DNA of 64,000 bases from Ginglymostoma cirratum (lineage: Eukaryota). The notes beneath the pieces are model-generated. The model ran no database searches. It was not told the origin of the DNA and saw nothing but the letters and a program-made list of their open reading frames with translations. The stretch covers positions 24,914,911-24,978,910 of the forward strand of contig JAHRHZ010000065.1 in the NCBI GenBank assembly GCA_024137785.1, written 5' to 3'. Below are positions 1 to 13,705 of this stretch, piece after piece. A program made the position numbers and the translations under genes. Within the stretch, counting starts at the first letter, position 1. Every line of letters begins with the position of its first letter.

Positions 1-518
1 TTAACACCTGGGCAGCCACCCTTTTCTAAGTTTGTGTTTACAGCTGAACAAAGGTACTGAGATATCTACATTTTGCAGCTACTCTTGTTAAAGGACATGG
101 GAGAAAATGCTACGATAGCAAAATTTCAGTGAAAAGATGGGCAGGAAATTCACACTAAACTATATTACTAATCAACAAAATACATCCAAAATCAAACTTC
201 ACTGCATTCACAACATTGCTGATTTGATATTTTTCAATGGTACATTGACCTATCCGCCACCTGCATTTAACCGTAAACAATTATATATATCTGCAGCTTT
301 AATTTTCCTTCTGAAATCAAATAGATTTTAAGATTTATCTTAAACACTTATTTGATATTTTCTTTGATTCCAATCACTGGATTTTTAATATGCAAAATCC
401 TGCAAAAGGAAAAGGATGATCAAATTCACCATGATTTAATGCATCAGATTGTTTGCCGCAATATTGAAAGTTATTTTCCCACTTAACATAATTTCATTGT
501 TTCACATTCGGAAATTAC

Positions 519-686
519 CTTGAGGTTTCTGGGTAGTGACTTTCCTGACTCTTGATTTGTTGGTTAGCTTTCTTCCTGGTTGCTGAATGCATGGTATAGA
601 ACTGAGGTGCTGAAGGTGACCTCTTAACTCGAAAGATGAGCTCGTCTCAGAATTGCCTGTGACGTGCAGTTGAGTGTTTGAGTAAC
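519..686 (-). CDS. Candidate internal coding exon (168 nt, phase 1-1) of an unidentified host gene
   Basis: Minus strand has acceptor cttctctgttacag| and donor CAAG|gtaatt. Length is divisible by 3 and only the phase-1 frame is stop-free: YSNTQLHVTGNSETSSSFELRGHLQHLSSIPCIQQPGRKLTNKSRVRKVTTQKPQ. GC is higher than the flanks and there is no repeat signature. Protein not recognised. Confidence 0.55.
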
Positions 687-1709
687 CTGTAACAGAGAAG
701 TTATGTTCTAATCAGTGACACAATTCAACAAGATTATTTGCACGTATCAACAGTATTAAGAAATTTATTTTACTAAGAATTAACTATACTATGTTAGCAT
801 TCTACATTAATAGCACCAGTGCAACATTTTAAAACATTTTAAAAATATTCATTGATTGTGATTAAAACTAGAAACGTCTTCTCAAGCTAATATTGGCTGC
901 AGCAGAAATTAGATTAGTGTAGTGACCTGCATTGTTTCCCAGCATGTTATCTTGCTGGAAGCCTTGGCTTTTAACTCATGTCCTTCCCCTCAAGAGGAGG
1001 ACAATAAGATGGCAAGGAAAGTCATTCTTTTTAGTCTCCCATATTATACGATAGAAGAACATAGCAGCGGTGAACAGTTTATTACTTGAACAGATTATTT
1101 TGAGAAGTGTAGAGCGTGATGTAATCCAATTGTAAACCTGTGCCTTCTTTCACTGTCCAATCTGAACCCTAGGCCTAACGTGCACTCTCCTTCAGGGTGG
1201 CAAAATCCAATGTCCAAGGTGTCTTTGGGATTAATGTATTTTACCACAGTCAGTTGGCTTAGTCGCTCCAGACTGGAAGATTTTCAAACTTCGATTTGAC
1301 TAAGTTTGCATTTTTTTTAATAAAAGGTATATACAATTTTGCCACATGTTCATCTAATGTGGTTGACCAAGTAAGATAGTTGCTTCTTTTAATTTGTTTG
1401 TGCATTGTGAGCTAAACCAGTATTTATTATTCATCTGTAATTACAATCAAGGAGATGGTGAACTCCCTTCTTGCAGAACTGCACATATGGGCTTGAAACG
1501 CCTAGTGGCCAATTCGACATTGTAATTTACAGTAATTCCTGTGCATCTGACCTACTGGAGACCAAGAAAATTTGTGGAATAGTGACTACTAGCTGAAAAT
1601 AAAATCTATTCTTTTAAAATCCAATATTTCATTGAACACTCTTGTTTGACTTCAATCATTTGGGAAATTAGCATTACGGTACTCACTTGTAACATTAACG
1701 CTTTTTCTC

Positions 1710-1795
1710 TCCACAAATACTGCCTGACCTGCGGAATATTTCTAGTATTTTCTATTTTGGCTTTCGCTTTTCAGCATCCAGAGCACTTTGCTTTT
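1710..1795 (+). repeat. Degenerate Penelope pLTR-tail-derived short repeat
   Basis: ctccacaaatactgcctgacctgcggaatatttctagtattttc resembles the tail at 16455-16505 (cacagatgctgccagacctgctgagcttttccagc). Confidence 0.45.
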
Positions 1796-1839
1796 GCAGT
1801 ATGGTCCCTACTTCAAATCAACAGAACACAAACAAATCT

Positions 1840-2465
1840 GAACGATGCAGATGTACTTTGCTTTTGGGATAAATAAAGCATTAGGATTTTAGTACAGGAA
1901 TAAAGAAGTCTTGTTGCAAGTATATAGAATCTTGGAGACCACACTGGGAGTATTGTATACAGTGCTTGTCTCCTTACCCAAGGAAGAATGTACTTTCCAT
2001 AGAAAAACTGCGATGAAAGTTCGTCAGACTGATTCCCGGGATAGTGCAATTATCCTATGAAGCCAGACTGAGAGATTGTGACTTTGTTCTCCGGAGTTAA
2101 GCAGATTGAGAGGTGGTCATCTCAAACATACACCATTCTTACATGCATCAACAGAACATAGGCAAGGTGGCAATGGCAGAGATGTGGAACGGGGTCTAGA
2201 ACCAAGGGAGACTCAAATGTAGGGTAGAGTCTGCGATGAGGAAGAATTTCTTCACTGAGCAGTTGCTGAATCTTTGGAATTCTTTACCCAGAGGTCTGTT
2301 GAAGCTTAGTCATCATATATAATCAAGTCAGAGCAATATCTTTCAAGACAGTAAAGACATCAAGGGATATGAGGATTAAGTAGGAAAATGGTATTAAGGT
2401 AGAAGTTCAACTATGATCCAATGAATGGCCAATGGCCCACTGCAGCTTCTACTTCCTGTGCTCCT
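1840..2465 (+). mobile_element. Degenerate CR1/HER1-like LINE 3' fragment
   Basis: Carries CR1 3' blocks shared with other copies in the window (gaccacactgggagtattgtatacag, gaggaagaatttcttcactgag, ctttggaattctttaccccag-like). Confidence 0.7.
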
Positions 2466-2656
2466 AACTGCAGTGATACAATCCGAACAAGCAGCATGAA
2501 CAGGACTCATCCCCAGAATCCGAATTGTTATACAGCACAGAAAGAAGCTATTTGGCCGATCATGTCCAAGCCAGTTCTCTCATATAGTAACTCACTTAGT
2601 CCCACTTCTCCATTGTTTTCCCCAAAGGCCTGCAAATGTTCTCTGTTCAGAAACTG

Positions 2657-3550
2657 TTGACAGTGAAGGTGGTTACATAAGATTACAAAGGGATCTTGAT
2701 CAATTGGGCTAATGGGCTACGAAGTGGCAGACAGGAATTTAATTTGGATAAATGCAAGGTATTGCGTTTTGGTAAAACAAGGGCTGGACTTATACAGTTA
2801 ATGGAAGGGGCCCTGGGTAGTGTTGTCAAACAGAGAGATCTAGGGGTTCAGGTACAGAGTTCTTTGAAAGTTGTGTCACAGGTAGACAGGGTGGTTAAGA
2901 AGGCATTTAGCATACTTGCCTTCATTGCTTAGACCATTGAGTACAGAAGTTGAGACACCATGTCGAGATAGTACAGGATGTTGGTGAGGCCACTATTAGA
3001 GTGCTGTGTACAGTTCTGGTGGCCCTGATATAAGAAAGACGTTATTAAATTGGAGAGGGTTCAGGAAAGATTTACTAGGATGTTTCTGGGACTGCGTACG
3101 AGTCAAGTCATAAAGGAGAAGCTGGATTTTGCTCCCCCCCCACCCCAATACATTCACCACCACCGCCCCACCATGTGACGTTCAGGGGTGACCTTACAGA
3201 GGTTTATCAAATCATAAGGGGAATAGCAAAGGTTTTGTTTTCTGATAGTGGAGGATTTCAAAACTAGTGGGCATATTTTTAAGGTGAGAGGAGAAAGGCT
3301 TAAAAGGGAACTGAGGGGCAACTTTTTCCACACAGAGGGTGGTTCATATGTAGAATGAACTGCCGGGCAAGTTGTAGATGCAGGTACAGTTAAAACATTT
3401 AAAAGATATTTGGACAGGTACATGAATAGGAAAAGTTTAAAGGGATATGGATCAAATACAGGCAAGTGGGACTAGGTTTAGTTTGTGAAATTTAGTCAGC
3501 ATGAACAAGTTGGACTGAACAGTCTGTTTCCATGCTGCGCACTCTATGAC
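2657..3550 (+). mobile_element. CR1/HER1-like LINE 3' fragment
   Basis: ORF 2696-2932 reads FNLDKCKVLRFGK...RDLGVQVQSSLKVVSQVDRVVKKA, the CR1 ORF2 C-terminus. Ends in a ctctatgac tail. Confidence 0.9.
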
Positions 3551-4765
3551 TTAGCCAAATTCTCTTTTCAAGGCTTCAAGTTAATCTATTTGCCCCACTG
3601 CATCCTAACCACTCACTGTGTACAAAGTTTTCCCTTATGCTTTCAATGGCAAAGGAACAATCATTCTGAATTGGCCTCCTCTGGTTCTCCATCCTTCTGC
3701 CAACAGGAATAATTTCTCCTGATCTATTCCTTTCAGACCACTCAAGATTTTGCAATTCTCTCAAAATTTACTCTTGAAATTTTCTTAATCTTAGGGATTC
3801 TCAAGCCAGGCAGTGCAGTAGTGGAAACATGGCAGAATCAGGCCTCTTCCCAGATACTAGCTCTCTCTTATGTGCAAATACACACAGCTAAGCATTTGTG
3901 GTTACAGTTCAAATTCTTCAAATAACTCCTACTGCTAATCTCCGTGCTGACAGTGTACACATCATTAACTTGGTACATTTGCATAGCTCGTTTACCTGTG
4001 TCTACACCTACAGTAAGTCCAGTGGCAGTGGTAAAATACAATTTAAGTCAACTGTTACAGAAACACACACGAGAATCTAATGCAGAATCTGATTTTTTTT
4101 GTTTCACATGACAAAGCCTTGTGAAAATGTATTCTAGTTTGGAAACTTAGGTTTTAAAGTCAACAGAGCCATGTATAACTTTATGTTTGATATGTAGCTC
4201 TATATTACGTATTAAGAAAGGAAGACAGATTCATTTTGAGCTCTAACAGTTGTCTGGGATGTTGTTTACATGCGCTTGAATGGGACTTTTAAAAGCCCTT
4301 AAGGTGATTGAACCAATGTTTTCGGAAACTAAGGTAGAAAAAAAGGTTAAAAGGAGTCATGATGTTGGTCAATGACACTGGGACACACACACAGAAACAA
4401 GTAATGAGAAAGACAGAATCAGTCTTAAGGTTAAGGCACATGCAGGTTTCTTTCAGAGATAAAGATGACCTGCTACTGCTTCAGCAGTGCAATTTAGCAG
4501 TCTCTAAAAAAAAACTCAAGGGGCTCATGTCAGTTGGGAAATCAGGTATGGTGGTGGCAAGACAGGAATCAGGTTTAGAGGGCAGGGAATGTTGGTCTGG
4601 ACTTGGGGGGTGGAATGGGGAACCAGTGAGGCTCAGGTCTGGCAGTGGACCCAAGTAATGAAACAAAGCACATCTGGAAAAATGGAATGGGAAAGCCTGG
4701 ACAGGGGAAGAGGGGTTGTTTCCACAGCTTTTGGCATGGGGCCAGGGTGAGGGGTTGGGGGGGTT

Positions 4766-4803
4766 GTGGGGAGTGGGGAGTGGGGAGTGGGGAGTGGGGA
4801 GTG
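4766..4803 (+). repeat. (GTGGGGA)x5 tandem repeat in a G-rich tract, potential G-quadruplex
   Basis: Five exact GTGGGGA units plus GTG, with further G-runs across about 4600-5010. Confidence 0.85.
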
Positions 4804-7522
4804 AATGCAGTGGGTTCGTAACAGACATGGGAGGGAAAGACAATGCAGACTGTTGTTAGCACAATGTCAGGTCCAGAAGTGCGTAAGTGGGTGTTGGGTT
4901 TTGGCAGGGGAAGGAGGGGGGAAATAAGGGATGTGCTGGATCAGGGTCCGCGGGAAGATGTCTGGGGGAGATGGTGTAGTTGAGTTTGAGGAGAAGTGAG
5001 TTGGGGGTTTGATGAGCAAATATTCAGAAGTTAGACCAAATACTTTTTAATCTAACTTTTCCTCAGTAATGATTAACTACAGCAGAACCTTTCAAAATAA
5101 TTGGATATTTTCAAAGAGTTCCAGGCACAAGGGAATTGCCCAGCAGAATTCTCAACTTCCCGGACAATTTCTTCAGAATCTGTTACGATGAGGACTCCAC
5201 AGGTTTCCCACGCGAAACACAGATCTACACTTCAGAAATGATTATCTGGCCATCAGAAAATCCAGAAAATGATACATAGCAGATAAAGTAAACAATTCAG
5301 ATTAAAACAAAGTTTAGATTTATCAATTGCATATCTTCATCCAAAATACATCCCACTAACCTCACAACCAGTTTTATTTCGGGCTGATTAACCCTTCCAG
5401 AATTTCAGCTTTTGTGTTGTCATTATTTACATTTTTCCTTTCTTTCAAAAAAAAGGAAGTTGATTGGAAAAAAGTTACCAAGCAAGTTGGCATTTTGCAA
5501 GCTTCATATTAAAACTGATAAATCAACCCGTTTTACGTAGAGTTCAAAGACTGAGTACCTCCTTTATGTAGCTTAAGGCACATAACAAAGATAAGAATCT
5601 GAGTTACCCAGCTTACATAGCTGTCTTGGTGCAGAAGCTCAGATAGCAATCATTTTGCACTGGCACAAACGTCACAGACTGAGTGTTGGAGGTATGCTAA
5701 CACAATGATCTCAAATTGTCTGAGCCCATACAGAAAACTCAGTTATTTTAACCTGCTCAAATACTTTCACATTGTTTTGCAAAGTCTGTACTTCGTACTC
5801 TAGTCTGCATTTAGTTTCTATCAGGCTAATGTATTTTTGTACTGTTTGTAATTGACTGTCAACTGAAACTGGAGATGACCATCTCACAATAAGTGAAAAA
5901 TATACTATTTTTAATGCAGTTAGAATCTTCTGAAAGTCGCTGCTGCAACCGGCTCACGTGGAATGTATGGACTAACCAGAATACTAACCGATGACAGGTC
6001 AGACACACAAAGCAAACCTAGAAAATGTGTGGGGCTTGAAAGATGAGGGTCCTGGTGATCTAAATATAAAAGCGGTCCTGACTAATGAAGCTACGACCAG
6101 GGGCAGGTAACAAATGAATGTGAAGGAGGCTGAAAATAACAGCTGGTGGTATCATTCTCAGAGCATCGTCTCAAAAACACATGACCTTTTATCACAACAA
6201 CAATAGTGTGTGTTAAAGTGAAGTTTATTAAAATTCATTGAAAAAAGTATCCTGACCTGAGAGTTTGATTAAAAATAGCTTTTTAAAGAGGAAGAACAAA
6301 TTAGAAGATTGTTGTTTCTACATGAGAATTAAACCACGTAAAAGGGTGACAATTTGCAGCTTAACCAGGAAAGGTGATCTGAAAATAGCTTAATGTTGTA
6401 TTACAAATTTTAAGGAACATGTGACGAGATCTTTATTTTTTTCAGAAATGAAACAAAGTGCAGAATTAAACAATGCACTCACAATCTCAAGAGCAACACA
6501 TTACTTGACTGTGGTCAATGCAGTTTCCTGCTTCAAACAAATGTAAAAATAAAAAGGGACTAAAATTGTACAACCGTCTGCAGTTTGCACAAACGACATA
6601 AGCCCCAGTTTTCTGTATGAAGCACCTATGCATTAAATAAACAAGTTAGAGTACTGACTACAAAGAAAGAGACTGGCATAAGGATGCAGCAGCAATACAG
6701 AAAATTTAATACAGCATCTGTGGGAACCCCAGCAGTAGGAGATGCAGAGGGTCAGGGATCAACTCTTCCTCTGAGGGATTGACAGGCTTGCAGCAAGAAT
6801 TTGACTTCATTAGTGATACAGACCCACAGGACAAAACTTTGTAAGCAGATATTAAAGTAAATAGGGAAACCTAGTTTTAAATTGGATTCTGCAGAGGCTG
6901 TGAGAATCTTCTGGGATTATCAGCCATAGCTGGGAACAGGAATCCTCAGATTGTCCACTATTAATTTTGGGGTTTGGAAAGTATAAATATTAGAATAGGA
7001 GGCCAAATGGATGCGTAGAAAAATAGATTATGGAGATTTTCCCTGTTCCCAGTGTTTGTAAGTTGTTTGTCTGCTTTATCGTCCGTGAGGGATTGTTTGT
7101 ATTCTGTTATTAGCACCAATAATGGATCAATGCCCTTGTCTGCACTACAACATTGCCATTCTAATTTACCTCTTGTTCTAGGATGTCCTTTGGTCTCCAA
7201 TTTCCCTTAAATATTCTGATCCACCTGGCCTTCCGCTCCCGCCTCTCCCCCACCCTCTCCTTCCAATATCATAAAACACAAGATTTTCTCACTTCATTTC
7301 CATTTTCAAAGAGTCAGTAGGCTTGAAACATCAACTTTATTTCCCTTCGCAGATGTTCTAGACCGGATACTTTTCTCTGGCACTTTGTTTTTCTTACAGA
7401 TCTCTAACATCTGCACTATTTTATTTGTATTACAAGAGATTAGGAATTACAAACAATGTATCTGTACATCGTGATTCCTCAATAAGCAGAGCTGCTCGGA
7501 CAGCTATTAACATGTTTCAGTT

Positions 7523-9795
7523 AGGAACGTAGGAACAGGAGTAGGCCATTCTGCTAGTCAAACCTGTGCCACCATTCAATTAGATCATGGCCAATCATCT
7601 ACCTCAATGCCACTTTCCTGTATCATCTTCATATCCCTAGATGTGATTTACCTCGAGAAATCTATCGATTTCTATCTTCAATATGTTCAACATTCAAGCT
7701 TCCACAGCTCCCATCAAGTACATTCCAAAGATTCACAACCACCACGTCAAAAAATTCTCATGTTAGTCTTAAAAGGCCTCCCTATCCTTTAGCCTGGGAA
7801 TGTGTCTCCTAGTTTAAGACTCACTCGTACTCAAATCCCCTTGCAATGAAGATGAACATAGCATTTGCCTTCTCGATTGCTTGCTGCACCTGCACGCTAA
7901 ATTTTAGTGACTCATGGACAAGGATATCCAGGTCCCCTCAAACTTCCACACTTCCCTCACTATTTAAGAAACATTTTGCCTTTTTGTAATCCCTACTGAA
8001 GTAACGAAACCAAGGCTGGTATCCCGTCACCAAATCACCCTTTATTTATTTGTGCACAGTACACTGGCTGTAGCCAGCCAGCTCGGAGTCAGTTGTCTGA
8101 ACCGAAGGAGGTTCTAATCTCCTGGTTATATTGGTCAGCCAGGGTTTTCTGATTGGAACCAGGTTGACCTTGTTGACTATGAGGTTGTTAACCTGAGCCA
8201 ATCACTACATCCCTCCCTCCATGTCCTGGGATGTAGGCCTGGCCTTTCGCTTGCAGCTTTTCCTGCGACAGTTTCGCCCCATGTCCGGTTCCTCTGATAC
8301 TAGACTATAGCTGGCCTCTTGCATCCAGAGCAGCTGGAGAGAATTTTCTCCTCCTCCTTCAGTGATAATGGTATCAAGGCTGCATCCATCTCAGACTCTG
8401 AGGTTTGCTCAACACAAGACAGGGTGGGAGAACCTACAGTTTCCAACAGGCCTTCAGGCTGTTCTGAGGGGCCGGGCACGTTTTGCTCCAGCCCCGCTTG
8501 CAAGGTAACAGCTTTCAGGCGATCTAAGTGTTCATTCAGGGATGTGCCACTCACCTGACTCACTTTGTAAGCGACGGGACCTGACCTCACGTCAACCATA
8601 CCTCATACCCATACAGGCCCATTTCCAAGGTTCTGACACCAAACTTCATCCCGAGTTAAACTGTGTCTCTTGCTTAAAGGTGGCATGTGCCAGCTTTGGC
8701 ATTCCTGCTGCCGTTTCACCCTCCCCCAAATTTAACCTGGCACGGAGTCTTCTCCCCATCAGTAACTCTGCTGGAGCTATCCCTGTAGTTGCGTGTGGGG
8801 TGGTCCTATAATCAAACAAGGACCAGAACAGTTTGGTATCAATTCACTTTGTAGGCTGCTTCTTTAAGGTGGTCTTTAACGTTTGGACTCCTCTTTCTGT
8901 GAGACCATCGGACAATGAATGGATGGTATGGATCTGTCCTTATGTGCCGAATGCCATTTGACTTTAGGAAATATTCAAATTCCCTGCTGATAAATGACAT
9001 CCCCTTGGTATTGGTCACAGACAATGTTTTTTGCGTACAATGTTCACAGCTTCTCAATTGTTATCCGAGCTTGCCAAACAGATTTTATGCACGTCCAACT
9101 ACTTCGAATTAGCATCCACAATGACCAAGAACATTGAGCCCACGAAAGAGCCAGCACAGTCCAGGGTTTCCCTGGCCATTCCTACAAATGTGGTGGCGCT
9201 GCTAATAGCGATTTTTGTCCTCCGTCAACTCATCAGGTTTTAGTTTCTGGTGCCTCTGGGAAAGTTAATGCCCTTATAACTGAGAATGCTGCAGTCCACA
9301 CACAGTCAGAAGGATTGCTTGTTGCTTTTCATCTGCTCCAGGTCAGTTGCCTGGAAAAATTCTTGCATTCTGGGCCCAGTCTTTGCCAGCAAAATCACGA
9401 GTCAAGCTTCCCAAATAAAAGCATGATGCCAGAAACACTTACCCCCGATTCCAAGATGACTGTTGCATGTGAATGTTCTTCGGGCACATTCTGTCTTTTC
9501 CCCGTCGCCACTGAAATAACTGCACAGAGGCTGGTATTCTATCACCAAGTCACCCTTGATTAACTTGTGCAGAAGTACTGTGGCCAGCCAACTCAGAATC
9601 AGTCACCTGAACTGAAGAGGTTCTAATCTGCTGGTTAAACTGGTCAGCCAAGGCTTTCCTGATTGGCCCAGGTAAACAACCCCAATTTAGACCTCGTAGC
9701 TAATGAGGTCAACATGGTTCCAAACACAACACCTACCAAAGTGATAAGTTTACATTTATTGAAGGTCTATTCCATCTGCCATGTTCTTGCCTATT
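7523..9795 (-). mobile_element. CR1-like LINE 3' fragment interrupted by a Gypsy element
   Basis: taggaacaggagtaggccatt is the reverse CR1 tail. The host sequence ccctac|caaagtgataag rejoins across the LTR element. Confidence 0.75.
7997..9731 (-). mobile_element. Internally deleted Gypsy LTR retrotransposon (LTRs 7997-8209 and 9512-9731)
   Basis: Two similar TG...CA LTRs and a 5-bp TSD CCTAC (7992-7996, 9732-9736). Minus strand shows PBS-like TGGCGACGGG and PPT GGAGGGAGGGA. Integrase remnants WPGKPW..AGSFVGSMFLVIVDANSK and FISREFEYFLKSNGIRHIRTDPYHP, plus a gag N-terminal remnant KQQAILLTVCG. Confidence 0.9.
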
Positions 9796-11049
9796 CAGAT
9801 TGTCTGTCTGGGTCCCATTGTAGTTGCAGGCTATGAAAAAAACCATCAGCATATGATAGAAGCACTAGTCAATCATTTCAGCCATTATCAGAAACCATCA
9901 TGCTCCTTCAACGTGATAGCCTTCCAAGGAAAGGAAAAGAGCACCATATGCCTTACACTTCTTCTAAGAGAACAGTCAATGCCATTAGTGTCTCAAGCAC
10001 AAGAGATTTGCAGGGGTGAAGTGGTGTAAAAGTTAAATGTTCATGGTTTAATGTTAGTGGTAAAAAAGGTATCATAAAACAATTGGGGGTGGAGGATGAG
10101 TAGACTAAAAGGAATTCTGCCTTTGAAAGTTGAGGCAAAAATCCCCATCAGCTTATGTACATACCCTGGATTAAAACCCTCTGAAGACAGAAATTTGCGG
10201 AAATTACGTTGGACTAAAATTCATTGAACTTTTGGACCCAAGAAACCATGGACCTCGACTGAACTGGGAGAAAGGCTGGTTGGGACAGACTGGATAATAT
10301 GAAAGCCCAGGGGCAGATGTCTGGAATAGGGGTTAGCTTGCAAAACTGAAAGGAAGACTGCACACACCCCACCTCCCCACCCACACCCCCCGCACCGACC
10401 CAACGTGCAAAGGGAGCTATGTCAGATCAGGTGGAACGGGAACCTGGATCCTAGATATCTTTCCTGTCTTATCACCCTCTGTAAATTATTATGTTCATTA
10501 AAATTGGCTTCTGCTCACCCACAAGAGTGCAGATCTCACATCACTACACCTTTCACTCCAATGGAAACATTAGCTTTGAATAAAGACAAATTGCATTCTT
10601 TTTTGGTGAATTTTCAATTAATCAACAGCCTACATATCATCAAATAGCATTAAATTAATGCAGTGGGTATAATCCTTGTGGACTTTTGAGCTTTCATGTG
10701 AGTTAGGTATGTTGAAGCAAGAGCCAAATCCAAGAACGTTGAACACACAGCTATTGTCTACTGAAGCTATTAATTAAAATAATTCTTTTGCCTGAAAAAT
10801 GTACAGAAATTCAAAGTGACCAATTTAAACAAATCAATGCAAGAGCCCTGTTGCTTTACAAAAGCAAAATATTAATTCAAATTAAGGTACTTTGAACTAA
10901 TAGCAGACTGCATTTCACCAAACATATATTTGTTGAAAACCAAAATCAGACACTATTTCTTTTCATAAGGCTGAACTTCAGGAGCTGAAGAGATCTAATC
11001 TGAAAACAAGATGATGAACTTAAAAGCAAAAGCATACAATATCATAATC

Positions 11050-11460
11050 ACACTGAGAAATGCCGACACACTCTGGAAAAGCTGAATGCCTTTTTACCAA
11101 ACGAGCCTGTGCTTGCGGCTCCAAATTTTAAAGAAATACTTAAAGTAGCCACTAATGCAAGTGGTATTACAGTACGGGCTGTCCTCTTTCAGAAAGAGGA
11201 TGTGAAATCGAGGCCGATCTGATATTTCTGAACCAGTGCTGCACAGTACTGAAGGGAACACTCGACTTATCACTGGCTCTTACTTTGAGGTATACATCCT
11301 CTGGGTACGGAGACCGCCGCCTATACTGACTGTTAAACATTTCCACAAAAGTTAAGATGCAGAATCCCACGTTATTCCACTGGAGTTTACCTCCAACTAT
11401 AAGGTTTTAAAAATCATCCACATTGTCAGAAAATGAATAGGATTGCAGATGTCCTGTCCT
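11050..11460 (+). mobile_element. Gypsy-type RT-connection/RNase H fragment
   Basis: Translates to LEKLNAFLPNEPVLAAPNFKEILKVATNASGITVRAVL and later LFHWSL...KIIHI...IADVLS, matching the Gypsy PVL.P.F...DAS..G.GAVL and ADALS motifs. Confidence 0.75.
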
Positions 11461-11590
11461 GACCCCTGCTTCAAACCAAAACAACCAACTGACCAAGGCG
11501 GGAGGATTGCGTGCATGCATCGGTTTCTTTACATTTAACACCTTGTACTGAAATGACAACACATCCCATTTCACTCATTCTGCAGAGGTC

Positions 11591-12204
11591 TGTTATGACA
11601 ATATATCAGAACCTCAAAGTATTTATTGATATTTTTAGACTTTAATGCCAAAATGAATTGATTTAAGAGACGGCTGCTACAGAGACAAAAAAGATTTGTG
11701 TTGGGCCAACGTGATGTAATACCTGAAGATGTCAAATAAACTTCAAAAAGACTGGGAGATAGTAAGAACTGCAGATGCTGGAGTCAGAGATAACAGTGTG
11801 GAACTGGAGGAACACAGCAGGCCAGGCAGCATCAGAAGAGCAGGAAAGCCGACGTTTCGGGTCGGGATCTCTTGAATATAATAATGAGATGCTGACAACT
11901 CAGCACATCAGCAAGCCACCCCCTGTGAATCACGTCTCAAAGTACAGACACATTTTGTATTTTTCCCTTTGAAGAAGGCACAAGGAAGTGGCTAAAAAGT
12001 CAGTTTCAGCTCTACTGGCATCGATTAGTGGGACTGACTGTTTACACGTGTACTTAGATTTGAGCCTTAGAATGCTATGCAGTTCACAGTTAAAGAACTA
12101 TTCCCCAGTTATCCCTGTGTAGGAAAGCAACAAAAGGGAGATCCCAGGTGAAGTTCCCAATTTTTTGTAGTTCCAGACACCGTACCCCAACCTGTCATCA
12201 TAAC
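11591..12204 (+). mobile_element. Possible LTR following the Gypsy RNase H fragment
   Basis: Begins TGTTATGA and ends TCATAACG (inverted termini), directly downstream of the pol remnant. No TSD confirmed. Confidence 0.4.
11755..11873 (-). mobile_element. Solo Penelope pLTR-tail unit with truncated hammerhead motif
   Basis: Closely similar to 26382-26505 and 37843-37968. Reverse strand reads ...cccgacccGAAACGTC. Confidence 0.8.
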
Positions 12205-13061
12205 GCACTAAAGGAAATTGAAGTTTTAGAGACATACTGCTTGGTGGTTAATAAATAGGACAAGCAACTAAAATCAATTTCAGAAGCAACTGATCAGGCT
12301 GCCTGATATTAATCAGTTATACAGCATAAGACCGTGGAATACTAATGGGTGACAGGCATGCCTGATAGAAATAATAGATTATCTTTGCTTGTCCAAAACT
12401 CAACAATCTCTGGGAAGAGATACACATTTATACAGCAGTAGCACTGGAGTATGCAGAAATTGCAAGTGTAAACCAATGTAGTAATTTATAGCTTCATCTG
12501 TACCAATAGCGTATTTTTCTGATCATCACATCGTGGATGATTTCTCCAATGTAGATTTCTGTATTTAGATTTCTGAAATCAAGGTGATTATGTATTTAAA
12601 AATGGCTCCATTTACCACACCTTAAATTATAATTGCTTTTCATAAAGAATTCAACACCATGCAATGAATCATAGTAAGCATAGTGTGTAGCCTGCATGCA
12701 AACAGCAGCTCAGGTCCAGGTATGCCCAGCCTAATTAGTCATCCAGCTATTTTCAAGTTCAAAGCTATCATTTCTAACACAGCAGCCAACTATTTACAAA
12801 CCAAAACCCTGAACAAGTAGCACCAGTGATGCAATATCAGGAATATATCATCGTCTCGACTCTCAAGCTTTCTTCCAGTGGAGGAGGAATGGGCAGGCAA
12901 ATAGAAGCAAATCTGAATTTCAGTTTGAGTTTTGACGCAAAGCTCAGAAAAAAAAAATCATAAAGGCAAGATAATATGTATGCCAGAGATCTTAAATACA
13001 AACAAATGCTGGAGATACTCAGCAGATCTGGCAGCATACGGAGAGATCTTGCCACAGATCC

Positions 13062-13705
13062 AAGAGACAAAAAGACTGCAGATGCTGGAATCCAAGGTAG
13101 CGAAAGAGGCGGCTGGAAAAACACAGCAAGCCGGGCAGCATCTGGAGGAGAAGTCGTCAACATATCAGGTATTATCCTTCTTCAGGGCTGGATGTGGGGC
13201 TAAGGGGAGCTACAGTTAAAGCGACGGTGGGGAGGGGGGTAGCAGAATGGTGGTGATAGGTGGACACCGGTAGCAGGTACGACCTGGTTGGGTGATTTGG
13301 AGAGATGAATCTGGTTGGTAGCTAGAATGGAAGGGAGGAGGCAGGGCTGTAAATGGAGCCCGGCGATTGATGGGAAGGTGATTTGAGTTAGAGAACTCAA
13401 CATCGAGTCCTCCGGGCTGTAGGCGGAAGATAAGGTGTTGTTCCTCAAATTTGCAATCCGAACACTGCAACACTGGAGATGGCCAAGGACGGACATGTTG
13501 CAGGAGGAAGAGGAATGGGTCAGGGAGTTTAGTGACTGGGAGGTTAGGTTGGTGAAGATGCTTGGCGAAATGGTCACCTAGTCTACGTTTGGTCTCACCA
13601 TTGTAGAGAAGACCACATCGGGAGCAACAGACGCAATAGACTAGGTTGGAGAAGATGCAGGTGAAACTCTCTCATCTGGAAGGACTGTTTAAGGCCCTAG
13701 ATTAA
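13062..13705 (-). mobile_element. Penelope-like element 3' fragment (GIY-YIG C-terminus plus pLTR)
   Basis: ORF 13216-13473 CKFEEQHLIFRLQPGGLDVEFSN matches the C-terminus at about 16050-16125. Degenerate hammerhead ctgaagaaggataatacctgatatgttg on the minus strand near 13158-13185. Confidence 0.8.
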
